A stretch of 62,955 nt of DNA, the filler included, from an uncultured virus (IMG/VR IMGVR_UViG_3300005239_003333) (lineage: Duplodnaviria; Heunggongvirae; Uroviricota; Caudoviricetes). It is 3 parts of one record of this genome, joined end to end, with 100 filler letters (N's around TTAATTAATTAA, not from the genome) between each part and the next. Parts side by side here need not be neighbours in the genome. Positions count along the whole stretch, not along the records: positions 1 to 28,552 come from IMGVR_UViG_3300005239_003333; 2 more parts are not named here. One strand, written 5' to 3'. The translations under genes were made by a program, and so were the position numbers. The notes below the pieces were generated by a model that had not been told where the DNA came from, did not search any database, and worked only from the letters and a program-made list of their open reading frames with translations. Below are positions 1-7,952 of this stretch, piece by piece. Every line of letters starts with the position of its first letter. Position 1 is the stretch's first letter.

Positions 1-2
1 TG

Positions 3-3000
3 CATTTTATTGCGGGGTTTGGTAATGGAATTAGTAGTAGTGGTAGCGGAATTATTGGTAGTTCTAACAGCATACCTGCTGGCTGTAATAATACCTTTAT
101 TATAGGCAGTGGTATTACAGCTACTGTATCCAGTGCTTTAATAGCACAAAATATATATTCACCTGGCTATATTAATAGTAACCAATTACTTTCAGCCGGT
201 CAAGATTTATCCAATGTATTCGCAACACCAGGTACTGCAGCTGGTACATTGCAACAGGTTACGGCTAATGGCACTACGACCACTAATGCTATTTCGGTCA
301 ATAGTCTTTCAGCCTTCGGTAAAATTATAGGTAGCTCTTTTACAAATACAGCATCCGGTAACGACTCGACAGCAGTAGGTGGTATATGCGCACATGTACA
401 TGGTAGTTGTGCAGGTATAGTCGCTGGTGCATGTAATGTTGTTAACGGTAATTGGTCAATTATAGGTGCCGGTCAAGTCAATCGTGTCACCAGTAATCAT
501 GCTGCAGTTGTTGGTGGTTGTAATAATCTAGCTAGTGGTGCTAAATCATTTATAGGTGGTGGTTGTGGTAATATAGCTAGCGGTATTTGTTCAATCATCG
601 TTGGCGGCGTCACCAATTCCGCCGCTGGTGCTTGTTCATTTATAGGCGGTGGTATTACTAGTAGCGCTAGTGGAAAAACTGCATTTGTTGGTGGTGGTTT
701 TGCTAATACCGCTTCAGGAGCATATTCAACCGTAGGTGGGGGTGACAGTAATATAGCCTGTGATAATAAATCAACTGTTGGCGGCGGGTGTATGAATACA
801 GCTTGCAAGACTTGGTCTACCGTAGCAGGCGGTATTACTAATACCGCTAGCGGCTCTGCATCATTCGTCGGTGGAGGTCGTAAAAATACAGCTAATGGAA
901 ACTGTTCAACTGTTGTAGCTGGCTTTAGTAGCAGCGCGCTCGGTGCGCATTCTTTTGTAGGTAGTGCTTATAAGAGTAAAGCAGTTGGTGGGTGTACATT
1001 TGTTGGAACTGGTCGTTATAATTGCGCGACCGCGAATGGTACATTTGTAGGTACTGGCTATCAAAACATAGCGACCGGTGGTTATTCTGCTGTTGTTGGT
1101 GGTTGTTTTAATAAGCCTATTGGGGCGGTTTCATTTATTGGTGGTGGTAAGAATAATCATGCTTGTGGTTGCATATCAACTGTCGCTGGTGGTTATTGTA
1201 ATACCGCTCGCGGATGTTATTCATTTATTGGTGGTGGTACATGTAATACAGCATTAAGCGCTAGATCAACTATTGCCGGCGGTTGTGGTAATACATCTAG
1301 CGGATGTTATTCAACTGTCGCTGGAGGAATGTGTAATCAAGCTAGCGGTTCATACGCCGCAGCTGGCGGAGGATTTAATAATACAGCAACCGGAAATGCA
1401 GCTGTAGTTAATGGTTATTGTAATATAGCTAGTGGAGTTAAATCAATTGTGGCAGGTGGTGCTTTTAATTGCGCAACCGGGCTAAATAGTACTGTTGGCG
1501 GCGGGTGTATGCATTGCTCGACAGGGACGTATTCAACTGTCGCTGGGGGAATGATGTCATGCTCGACCGGTAATTATTCAACTGTTGGCGGTGGTAATAT
1601 GAATAAGGCATTCGGTAGTAGTTCAACTATAGCCGGTGGTAGATATAATCAAGCTTACAGTGGAGATTCATTTGTTGGAGGCGGTTATTGTAATAAATCA
1701 TTAAGTGCGTTTAGCTTTACCGGGGGCGGTCAGTGTAATACAGCAAACGGTATTAAGTCAACTATTGCTGGCGGTGATACTAATACAGCATCTGGTTCAG
1801 CATCATTTATTGGAGGTGGTAATTCTAATGTATCATCTAGTTCTACATCAACTGTAGGTGGCGGTCAACTTAATTGCGCTATTGCTGTTCATTCAACAGT
1901 AGTTGGTGGCTTTTCTTCTCGTGCTAGCGGTAGTCGGTCATTCATTGGCGGGGGTACAGCTAACAAAGCTTTCTGCGGAGATGATTTTATTGGAGGAGGT
2001 ATTTCAAACTGTACCGCTGGTGGATACTCTAGTGTAGTTGGCGGTTATATGAATTTAGCTTCGTGCTTGGGCGCTGTTGTAGCGGGTGGTTCAGGTAATG
2101 TTGCCCAAGGTTCTACTTCATTTGTAGGTAGTGGTCATAATAATAGGGTTTTCGGAAATTCATCTGCGGTTGTTGGTGGTCAAGATAATTATGCAAAAGG
2201 TAATTGTTCGATCGTCGTAGGCGGGGGTGGTTACGGTAAAAGTAATGTAGCGTGTGGTATTTTTTCATTCATCGGTTCAGGTCATACTAATAGAGCTTCA
2301 ACCAGTACCAGCAACGCAGGTACGGTCGTAGTTGGTGGTGCTTGTAATCAGGCTCTGGGGGATTATAACTTTGTTGGAGGCGGCTTTAGAAACATAACTA
2401 GCAATTATTGTGCAACTATTGCTGGCGGTTTCGGGAATCAAGCTCAGGGTATAAATTCATTTATTGGAGGTGGTAGTAATAATAAGGCCGCGGGTTATTG
2501 TACAAGTATTGTAGGCGGTATTAGCGGTAATGCGGCTGGAAATGCCGCCTTCATAGGCGGTGGTTACCAAAATAATGCATCTAATGCATCAACTGCTATA
2601 GTTGGCGGGACTCGAAACGCAGCTAGTGGTAGCTCAGCTGTTATTGTAGGCGGTATTACTAATACAGCATCTGGTTCAGCATCATTTATTGGAGGTGGTA
2701 ATTCTAATACAGCATCCGGGCTTGCGGGAGTTGTAGGGGGCGGTCAGGGTAATACAGCAAACGGTATTAAGTCAACTATTGCTGGCGGTCAGGGTAATAC
2801 AGCAAACGGTGTTTGCAGCTTTGTAGGTGGTGGTTATCAAAATAGTGCCAGCGGTAACCGTTCGGCTGTAGCTGGTGGATATGGTAATACAGCCTCTGGT
2901 AGTTATTCTGTCGTTGGNNNNNNNNNNNNNNNNNNNNNNNNNNNNNNNNNNNNNNNNNNNNNNNNNNNNNNNNNNNNNNNNNNNNNNNNNNNNNNNNNNN

Positions 3001-4466
3001 NNNNNNNNNNNNNNNNNNNNNNNNNNNNNNNNNNNNNNNNNNNNNNNNNNNNNNNNNNNNNNNNNNNNNNNNNNNNNNNNNNNNNNNNNNNNNNNNNNNN
3101 NNNNNNNNNNNNNNNNNNNNNNNNNNNNNNNNNNNNNNNNNNNNNNNNNNNNNNNNNNNNNNNNNNNNNNNNNNNNNNNNNNNNNNNNNNNNNNNNNNNN
3201 NNNNNNNNNNNNNNNNNNNNNNNNNNNNNNNNNNNNNNNNNNNNNNNNNNNNNNNNNNNNNNNNNNNNNNNNNNNNNNNNNNNNNNNNNNNNNNNNNNNN
3301 NNNNNNNNNNNNNNNNNNNNNNNNNNNNNNNNNNNNNNNNNNNNNNNNNNNNNNNNNNNNNNNNNNNNNNNNNNNNNNNNNNNNNNNNNNNNNNNNNNNN
3401 NNNNNNNNNNNNNNNNNNNNNNNNNNNNNNNNNNNNNNNNNNNNNNNNNNNNNNNNNNNNNNNNNNNNNNNNNNNNNNNNNNNNNNNNNNNNNNNNNNNN
3501 NNNNNNNNNNNNNNNNNNNNNNNNNNNNNNNNNNNNNNNNNNNNNNNNNNNNNNNNNNNNNNNNNNNNNNNNNNNNNNNNNNNNNNNNNNNNNNNNNNNN
3601 NNNNNNNNNNNNNNNNNNNNNNNNNNNNNNNNNNNNNNNNNNNNNNNNNNNNNNNNNNNNNNNNNNNNNNNNNNNNNNNNNNNNNNNNNNNNNNNNNNNN
3701 NNNNNNNNNNNCATTTGTAGGTAACGGTTTGAATAATAAAGCTACCGGATGCGGGTCATTTGTAGGTAGCGGTAGCTACAATAAAGCTACTGGTAATCGT
3801 TCATCTGTAGTCGGTGGCGCTACAAATACAGCTAGCGGGATATGTTCAACTATAGTTGGTGGGTTTAGTAGTAGAGCTACTGGTAGTCATTCATTCATCG
3901 GCGGTGGATCTACTAATGTAGTAACCGGTCTATCAGCTAGTGTAGTTGGGGGTGATGGTAATTGTAACCGTAGTAATAATTCATTCATTGGTGGTGGTGA
4001 AACAAATCTTATATGTGTCGGAAACGATCATTCATCCATTGTAGGTGGTATATGTAATACTGTATATGCAGATTGTTCAATTGTTGGAGGTGGTATGTTT
4101 AATAGAACTGTTGAAACTGGGACTTTTTCGTTTGTAGGTGCTGGTTGTAGAAACGATGCGAAAGGAACTAAATCGTTCGTCGGTGCTGGTAGTTGTAACT
4201 TAGCATATGGAGCTGGGTCGGTTGTTACTGGTGGTTTTAAGAACTGCGCATGCGCATCCTTTTCATCGATTTTAGGTGGTCAATGTAATTGCGTCGGTGA
4301 TACCCATCATAATTCGATCATTGCTGGTACTAATATTAACTCAGTCTCATCTAATATGCTTCATGCAGATGCATTATTCTTAAAAACTGCATCATTACCT
4401 ACCTCTGATCCAAGCATAGCTGGTGTTGTTTGGAGAGATGGTACCGATCTTAAGATCAGTGTTTAA
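3..4466 (+). CDS. Giant Gly/Ser/Asn/Cys-rich 15-aa-repeat (beta-solenoid) tail fibre/adhesin; 5'-truncated, internal N gap 2918-3711
   Basis: Frame is open from position 3 (HFIAGFGNG...GTLQQVTANGTTTTNAISV), so the 249 start is not real. Dozens of tandem GGxxNxAxGxxSx[IV]x repeats; TLQxVTxxG motif; C-terminal LPTSDP..G.VW.DG..LKIS, typical of phage fibre ends. Confidence 0.75.
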   Translation, partial: HFIAGFGNGISSSGSGIIGSSNSIPAGCNNTFIIGSGITATVSSALIAQNIYSPGYINSNQLLSAGQDLSNVFATPGTAAGTLQQVTANGTTTTNAISVNSLSAFGKIIGSSFTNTASGNDSTAVGGICAHVHGSCAGIVAGACNVVNGNWSIIGAGQVNRVTSNHAAVVGGCNNLASGAKSFIGGGCGNIASGICSIIVGGVTNSAAGACSFIGGGITSSASGKTAFVGGGFANTASGAYSTVGGGDSNIACDNKSTVGGGCMNTACKTWSTVAGGITNTASGSASFVGGGRKNTANGNCSTVVAGFSSSALGAHSFVGSAYKSKAVGGCTFVGTGRYNCATANGTFVGTGYQNIATGGYSAVVGGCFNKPIGAVSFIGGGKNNHACGCISTVAGGYCNTARGCYSFIGGGTCNTALSARSTIAGGCGNTSSGCYSTVAGGMCNQASGSYAAAGGGFNNTATGNAAVVNGYCNIASGVKSIVAGGAFNCATGLNSTVGGGCMHCSTGTYSTVAGGMMSCSTGNYSTVGGGNMNKAFGSSSTIAGGRYNQAYSGDSFVGGGYCNKSLSAFSFTGGGQCNTANGIKSTIAGGDTNTASGSASFIGGGNSNVSSSSTSTVGGGQLNCAIAVHSTVVGGFSSRASGSRSFIGGGTANKAFCGDDFIGGGISNCTAGGYSSVVGGYMNLASCLGAVVAGGSGNVAQGSTSFVGSGHNNRVFGNSSAVVGGQDNYAKGNCSIVVGGGGYGKSNVACGIFSFIGSGHTNRASTSTSNAGTVVVGGACNQALGDYNFVGGGFRNITSNYCATIAGGFGNQAQGINSFIGGGSNNKAAGYCTSIVGGISGNAAGNAAFIGGGYQNNASNASTAIVGGTRNAASGSSAVIVGGITNTASGSASFIGGGNSNTASGLAGVVGGGQGNTANGIKSTIAGGQGNTANGVCSFVGGGYQNSASGNRSAVAGGYGNTASGSYSVVXXXXXXXXXXXXXXXXXXXXXXXXXXXXXXXXXXXXXXXXXXXXXXXXXXXXXXXXXXXXXXXXXXXXXXXXXXXXXXXXXXXXXXXXXXXXXXXXXXXXXXXXXXXXXXXXXXXXXXXXXXXXXXXXXXXXXXXXXXXXXXXXXXXXXXXXXXXXXXXXXXXXXXXXXXXXXXXXXXXXXXXXXXXXXXXXXXXXXXXXXXXXXXXXXXXXXXXXXXXXXXXXXXXXXXXXXXXXXXXXXXXXXXXXXXXXXXXXXXXXXXXXXXFVGNGLNNKATGCGSFVGSGSYNKATGNRSSVVGGATNTASGICSTIVGGFSSRATGSHSFIGGGSTNVVTGLSASVVGGDGNCNRSNNSFIGGGETNLICVGNDHSSIVGGICNTVYADCSIVGGGMFNRTVETGTFSFVGAGCRNDAKGTKSFVGAGSCNLAYGAGSVVTGGFKNCACASFSSILGGQCNCVGDTHHNSIIAGTNINSVSSNMLHADALFLKTASLPTSDPSIAGVVWRDGTDLKISV
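1722..1829 (+). repeat. Intragenic DNA repeat blocks A (1722-1775) and B (1778-1829)
   Basis: Block A matches 2736-2789 at 53/54 nt; block B matches 2657-2708 at 52/52 nt. Confidence 0.85.
2657..2810 (+). repeat. Second copies of blocks B (2657-2708) and A (2736-2789), plus a tandem 27-nt copy (2784-2810 = 2739-2765)
   Basis: Direct sequence comparison. Confidence 0.85.
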
Positions 4467-5287
4467 TTGATATAACCGAAATATTTTTGATACCATTCGT
4501 ATTCAGTATCAATAAAGTTACACGCAGCATCGCCTAAGATTTCATTGTAATCTTCTACACTAGGCTCTACTTTATTTTTAATTGAATGTAGATCATTATC
4601 TAGAGCATGTATAACATCATTTTCTTTTGTTACCTGCTCTACATTATTGAAGTTATGTTGGAAGTTATCAACACCGAGAATATTATATATTTCATTCATT
4701 ATTTCTTGAGGTCTTGAAGTTAAATCTTCGGCTCGTATAAACATTATACCACTGTCAACACCCATTTCAAACAGCTCTTGGATTCGATCTAAAGATATAC
4801 TCACAGGTATATTTTTCGTATACATATCTACTCTTTTAAAGACGGTCGTGCCTCTTACCTCCCCTTCAATTAACCACTGCGAAGTTTTATCTGGATTCTT
4901 TCTATGAAGTTTTTCGAACGATGCAGCAATAGCTTTTAAATTTCGTACCATACATAAGACTTTAGGCTTTTCACCTAAGAAATTTTCTATCCAAGCTATA
5001 TTGCCCTTCCAACCTCTACCTTTTAAAATTATATTAGGTCTATCTGTTAACGTGTTACAATAAGCTTCTAACCCGCCCTTGCAGAAGTTACGCCAAGCTT
5101 GCAAGGATAAATCTTGATCTACTGCAGCTTTAAATTCTGCACTATCTGTAAATCGTTGTCTAGCACCGTCAAGCAATTCTATAACACCATCGGTAGGGGT
5201 AGCGTAAAAATTAGGATTTTGAGCAAATATATTTTGAAGTAGAGTACTACATGCTCTAGGCATCGATGAATTAAAAACTATATTCAT
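4463..5287 (-). CDS. PAPS-dependent sulfotransferase family protein
   Basis: N-terminal 5'-PSB loop SSMPRACSTLL (cf. GLPRSGSTLL); 3'-PB motif RNLKAIAAS; FIRAEDLTSRP..IMNEIYNILG. Confidence 0.8.
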   Translation of the reverse strand: MNIVFNSSMPRACSTLLQNIFAQNPNFYATPTDGVIELLDGARQRFTDSAEFKAAVDQDLSLQAWRNFCKGGLEAYCNTLTDRPNIILKGRGWKGNIAWIENFLGEKPKVLCMVRNLKAIAASFEKLHRKNPDKTSQWLIEGEVRGTTVFKRVDMYTKNIPVSISLDRIQELFEMGVDSGIMFIRAEDLTSRPQEIMNEIYNILGVDNFQHNFNNVEQVTKENDVIHALDNDLHSIKNKVEPSVEDYNEILGDAACNFIDTEYEWYQKYFGYIN

Positions 5288-6183
5288 TTTACTGTACTAT
5301 CATAAACTTGTTGCAAGTTAAAAATATCATCTGTATCGAAAGGATATTCATATTCCGGGCCATTGAAGTCATAATCAAATATTAAACTATCTATATAGCT
5401 TGTATTATTTTCAATCATCTCCTTAGCTGGTTTAATATTCGTATGCATATCATACCCGAATACTTCAGGGTGTGTACCTATCCATAGAACAGTTGATGGT
5501 AAATTTAGAGCAGCTGCAGCATGCTGTAGGCAACTATCAATTAATATACGTTTCTGAGATGCAGCTAGCATTAGCATTAATGTTCTCTTATCAACCTCAT
5601 TAACAGTCTCAGTATTTTCTAATCGCTTACAATCTGGTCTAGTCACATGCATAACAGCGAAGTTTTTAGATAATTCATTAGCTAATACCTGGGCCTGTGT
5701 ATGGGGTATATCTCTTGTCCAGCAATAATCTTTTTTATTATCTTTATACATACCCCCATTAGTTTGCAGCATTAGTATTGGTTTCTCTCTAGCCAGGTCT
5801 TGTCTAACTTTTCTTGTCTCAATCGAGGTAAAGAATAGTTCAGGTACATTATTACCATCATACTCTAGATCGTGTAAGTTACACCACGACTTAACTAATT
5901 GTTGCTTGTTGTATAAATGACCCGTATTAAAATAAGGTTCGCCTTTTAATACAATAGACTCACGGTCTTTAATATAATCCTTATAAAAATAAGGTGTGTT
6001 ACCTGAACGGAAAACCCTATCGACGTTAGGATTGTTTAAGTAAACTTCCGGCCATGGTGTTACCACAATAATTTTATGGTCAGGGTATGTTGCTTTAATA
6101 TTCCTTACAACTGCTGTAGAAGCAATTATCTTACCTAAACCACCCTCGGGGTTAAAAATTACGTAATTATCTTTCTCTGACAT
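5284..6183 (-). CDS. GT9-like (heptosyltransferase-like, GT-B fold) glycosyltransferase
   Basis: N-terminal EGGLGKIIASTAVVRNIK..YPD; C-terminal IDSCLQHAAAALNLPSTVLW (GT9 DS..H.AAA..P motif); 4-nt stop/start overlap with the sulfotransferase. Confidence 0.75.
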   Translation of the reverse strand: MSEKDNYVIFNPEGGLGKIIASTAVVRNIKATYPDHKIIVVTPWPEVYLNNPNVDRVFRSGNTPYFYKDYIKDRESIVLKGEPYFNTGHLYNKQQLVKSWCNLHDLEYDGNNVPELFFTSIETRKVRQDLAREKPILMLQTNGGMYKDNKKDYCWTRDIPHTQAQVLANELSKNFAVMHVTRPDCKRLENTETVNEVDKRTLMLMLAASQKRILIDSCLQHAAAALNLPSTVLWIGTHPEVFGYDMHTNIKPAKEMIENNTSYIDSLIFDYDFNGPEYEYPFDTDDIFNLQQVYDSTVK

Positions 6184-6192
6184 ATACTATTA

Positions 6193-6219
6193 ATTATCTT
6201 GTTTTTTGTAAATTATCAA
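6193..6219 (-). promoter_or_regulatory. Putative sigma70-type promoter for the GT-sulfotransferase operon
   Basis: TTGATA-N15-GATAAT-N9-ATG on the minus strand. Confidence 0.45.
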
Positions 6220-6284
6220 CGGTTATAAAAGGTATAATAAAGTCCAATTGAATATTGGTTACCCTTTGATATACGTATGCATAC

Positions 6285-6482
6285 CTATCGCGATCCCTTC
6301 ATATAAGCTACTAAGCAATCATAAGGATGAAAGCCTACTTTTTGTAGTTGTATATACTTGTCACAAAAATCATCTTGGAGATGTTGTCTCTCAATCTGAC
6401 CTAATGCAGATTCAATCTGCCCTTGATATTTTTTATCAGCTTCAACTCTTAATTGCTCTCTAATAGCGTTATATTTACTCAT
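6285..6482 (-). CDS. Small hypothetical protein
   Basis: 65-aa ORF directly downstream of a near-consensus sigma70-type promoter. Confidence 0.55.
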   Translation of the reverse strand: MSKYNAIREQLRVEADKKYQGQIESALGQIERQHLQDDFCDKYIQLQKVGFHPYDCLVAYMKGSR

Positions 6483-6492
6483 TACTACTCTT

Positions 6493-6520
6493 ATTATAAT
6501 ACTTTGCCTTTAATTATCAA
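6493..6520 (-). promoter_or_regulatory. Sigma70-type early/middle promoter
   Basis: TTGATA-N16-TATAAT. Confidence 0.6.
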
Positions 6521-6530
6521 GGTTTAAAAT

Positions 6531-6536
6531 TAAATA
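6531..6536 (+). promoter_or_regulatory. T4-like late promoter core TAAATA
   Basis: TAAATA-N5-ATG(6542). Confidence 0.65.
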
Positions 6537-6541
6537 TTAAT

Positions 6542-7309
6542 ATGATTTCCGTTGATAAATCTTATAGTAGTAATGTACTTTATACACAGCCTCTCGATCC
6601 AAAGAACGATATCACCTTTTCGTTTTTATATACAGATTTTGATACAGAAGATTTAGGGCTACTCCAAACAGAAGATCAAAACCACTTTTTGTTACAAGAC
6701 GGGTCCGACTTTAGATTGAATATAGGCAGAGGTATAGTTGATGGACTGGCTGTATTTTTAATTAACGATATCCCCGGGGCAACATTAGTAGGTGGTGGCA
6801 GTGCTACAAACAACCCGGGGTTGAATTTAGTTACTGATACAAACACTACCGACTTAAGTGCCTTGTCTGGTATTATGCTTATAGCTGCTATCGACAAAAC
6901 AGGTTATTTTGGATTAAGCTCTAACGGGAGTAATGGTTCTTTAAAGCAATATACATCGGGTAATACAACCTTAAAGCCTGATAATTTAGTAATACGAGCT
7001 GCTAATAGAGGTTCAACAATATCAGCGCTACCGAGCGCGTTTGACTTTAAAGGTTCAACTCCTCTGAGCTCTGTTAACACTCAAACAGTTGATAGCAGAT
7101 TTAAAGTATTTTCTATTGGGTTTAAGAGGCACTTACAAGATGTAACTATATATAATCGCTCTGATTCACTAATTGAGCCCCATAGCACTATAAACACAGA
7201 TATATCTTTAAGTAACCTACCTTCGAGCGTACGCTTAGGTATAAGTTATTCTGGTCATATGCCAATGGAAATAAAAAATATAACTGTCAATGGTAATAAT
7301 ATAGGATAA
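6542..7309 (+). CDS. Putative virion structural protein (possible lectin-like beta-sandwich)
   Basis: Late promoter; LLQTEDQNHFLLQDG motif; DGLAVFL segment; Ser/Thr/Asn-rich. Confidence 0.55.
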   Translation: MISVDKSYSSNVLYTQPLDPKNDITFSFLYTDFDTEDLGLLQTEDQNHFLLQDGSDFRLNIGRGIVDGLAVFLINDIPGATLVGGGSATNNPGLNLVTDTNTTDLSALSGIMLIAAIDKTGYFGLSSNGSNGSLKQYTSGNTTLKPDNLVIRAANRGSTISALPSAFDFKGSTPLSSVNTQTVDSRFKVFSIGFKRHLQDVTIYNRSDSLIEPHSTINTDISLSNLPSSVRLGISYSGHMPMEIKNITVNGNNIG

Positions 7310-7312
7310 ATA
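7307..7312 (+). promoter_or_regulatory. Late promoter core TAAATA
   Basis: TAAATA-N5-ATG(7318). Confidence 0.65.
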
Positions 7313-7317
7313 ATTAT

Positions 7318-7917
7318 ATGCCAGATGCTAAATTAACAGATCTACCGATTATAACCGCTCCATCATCGAGTGATAAGTTTTACGTAGTTAATAATAACTT
7401 ATCAAAGAGCGTGACTCTAAGCGCGATAGCTAAAAATTTACCAAGTATTTTAACTACGGGTAATGCTAATGTTAGCGGCGATGTCGTATTAGCAGCAAGT
7501 AGTCAAATACTTTTTAATAATAAAGATTATTCTAGTTATGTTAATACTCAAATTAGTACTAATTTTATACCCAATACTGGCACTGGGGTCATGACCCTCA
7601 CCGGCACAACCGATTTCAGCGTTCAATCTAGCGAAGGTCAAACAACATTCGCTCTATCAGCTGGTGGTACTAACTCTAAGATATTTGTCAAAGTACCAAA
7701 CCAATCAAACTATCCAGGTTTCGTAGTCTCATTTATACAACTAGGTACAGCTTGCGTACAGCTTTCTGCTGGCGGTGGCGTAACTATCGGCAGCCTTAAT
7801 AGCTCTTTATCATCTGCTGGTCAATTTGCTAAGATCGACCTTACATATGTCGGTAACTATCCATTATCAGCTGATCAGCTTTATACACTAACAGGTGATT
7901 TATCAGCTACTTCGTAG
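7318..7917 (+). CDS. Short tail-fibre-like structural protein
   Basis: N-terminal KLTDLP; C-terminal IQLGTACVQLSAGGGVTI...AGQFA...TGDL resembles common phage fibre tip domains. Confidence 0.6.
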   Translation: MPDAKLTDLPIITAPSSSDKFYVVNNNLSKSVTLSAIAKNLPSILTTGNANVSGDVVLAASSQILFNNKDYSSYVNTQISTNFIPNTGTGVMTLTGTTDFSVQSSEGQTTFALSAGGTNSKIFVKVPNQSNYPGFVVSFIQLGTACVQLSAGGGVTIGSLNSSLSSAGQFAKIDLTYVGNYPLSADQLYTLTGDLSATS

Positions 7918-7940
7918 ACTGCATTTATATTCTTCTCTAT

Positions 7941-7946
7941 TAAATA
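7941..7946 (+). promoter_or_regulatory. Late promoter core TAAATA
   Basis: TAAATA-N6-ATG(7953). Confidence 0.6.
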
Positions 7947-7952
7947 TAATTA

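Noticed and set aside
1722..2810. Near-identical repeats as a DGR template/variable pair or CRISPR array
   Set aside because: No reverse transcriptase or cas gene in the window, the only mismatch is T/G rather than adenine-specific, and the repeats are in-frame coding units without spacers.
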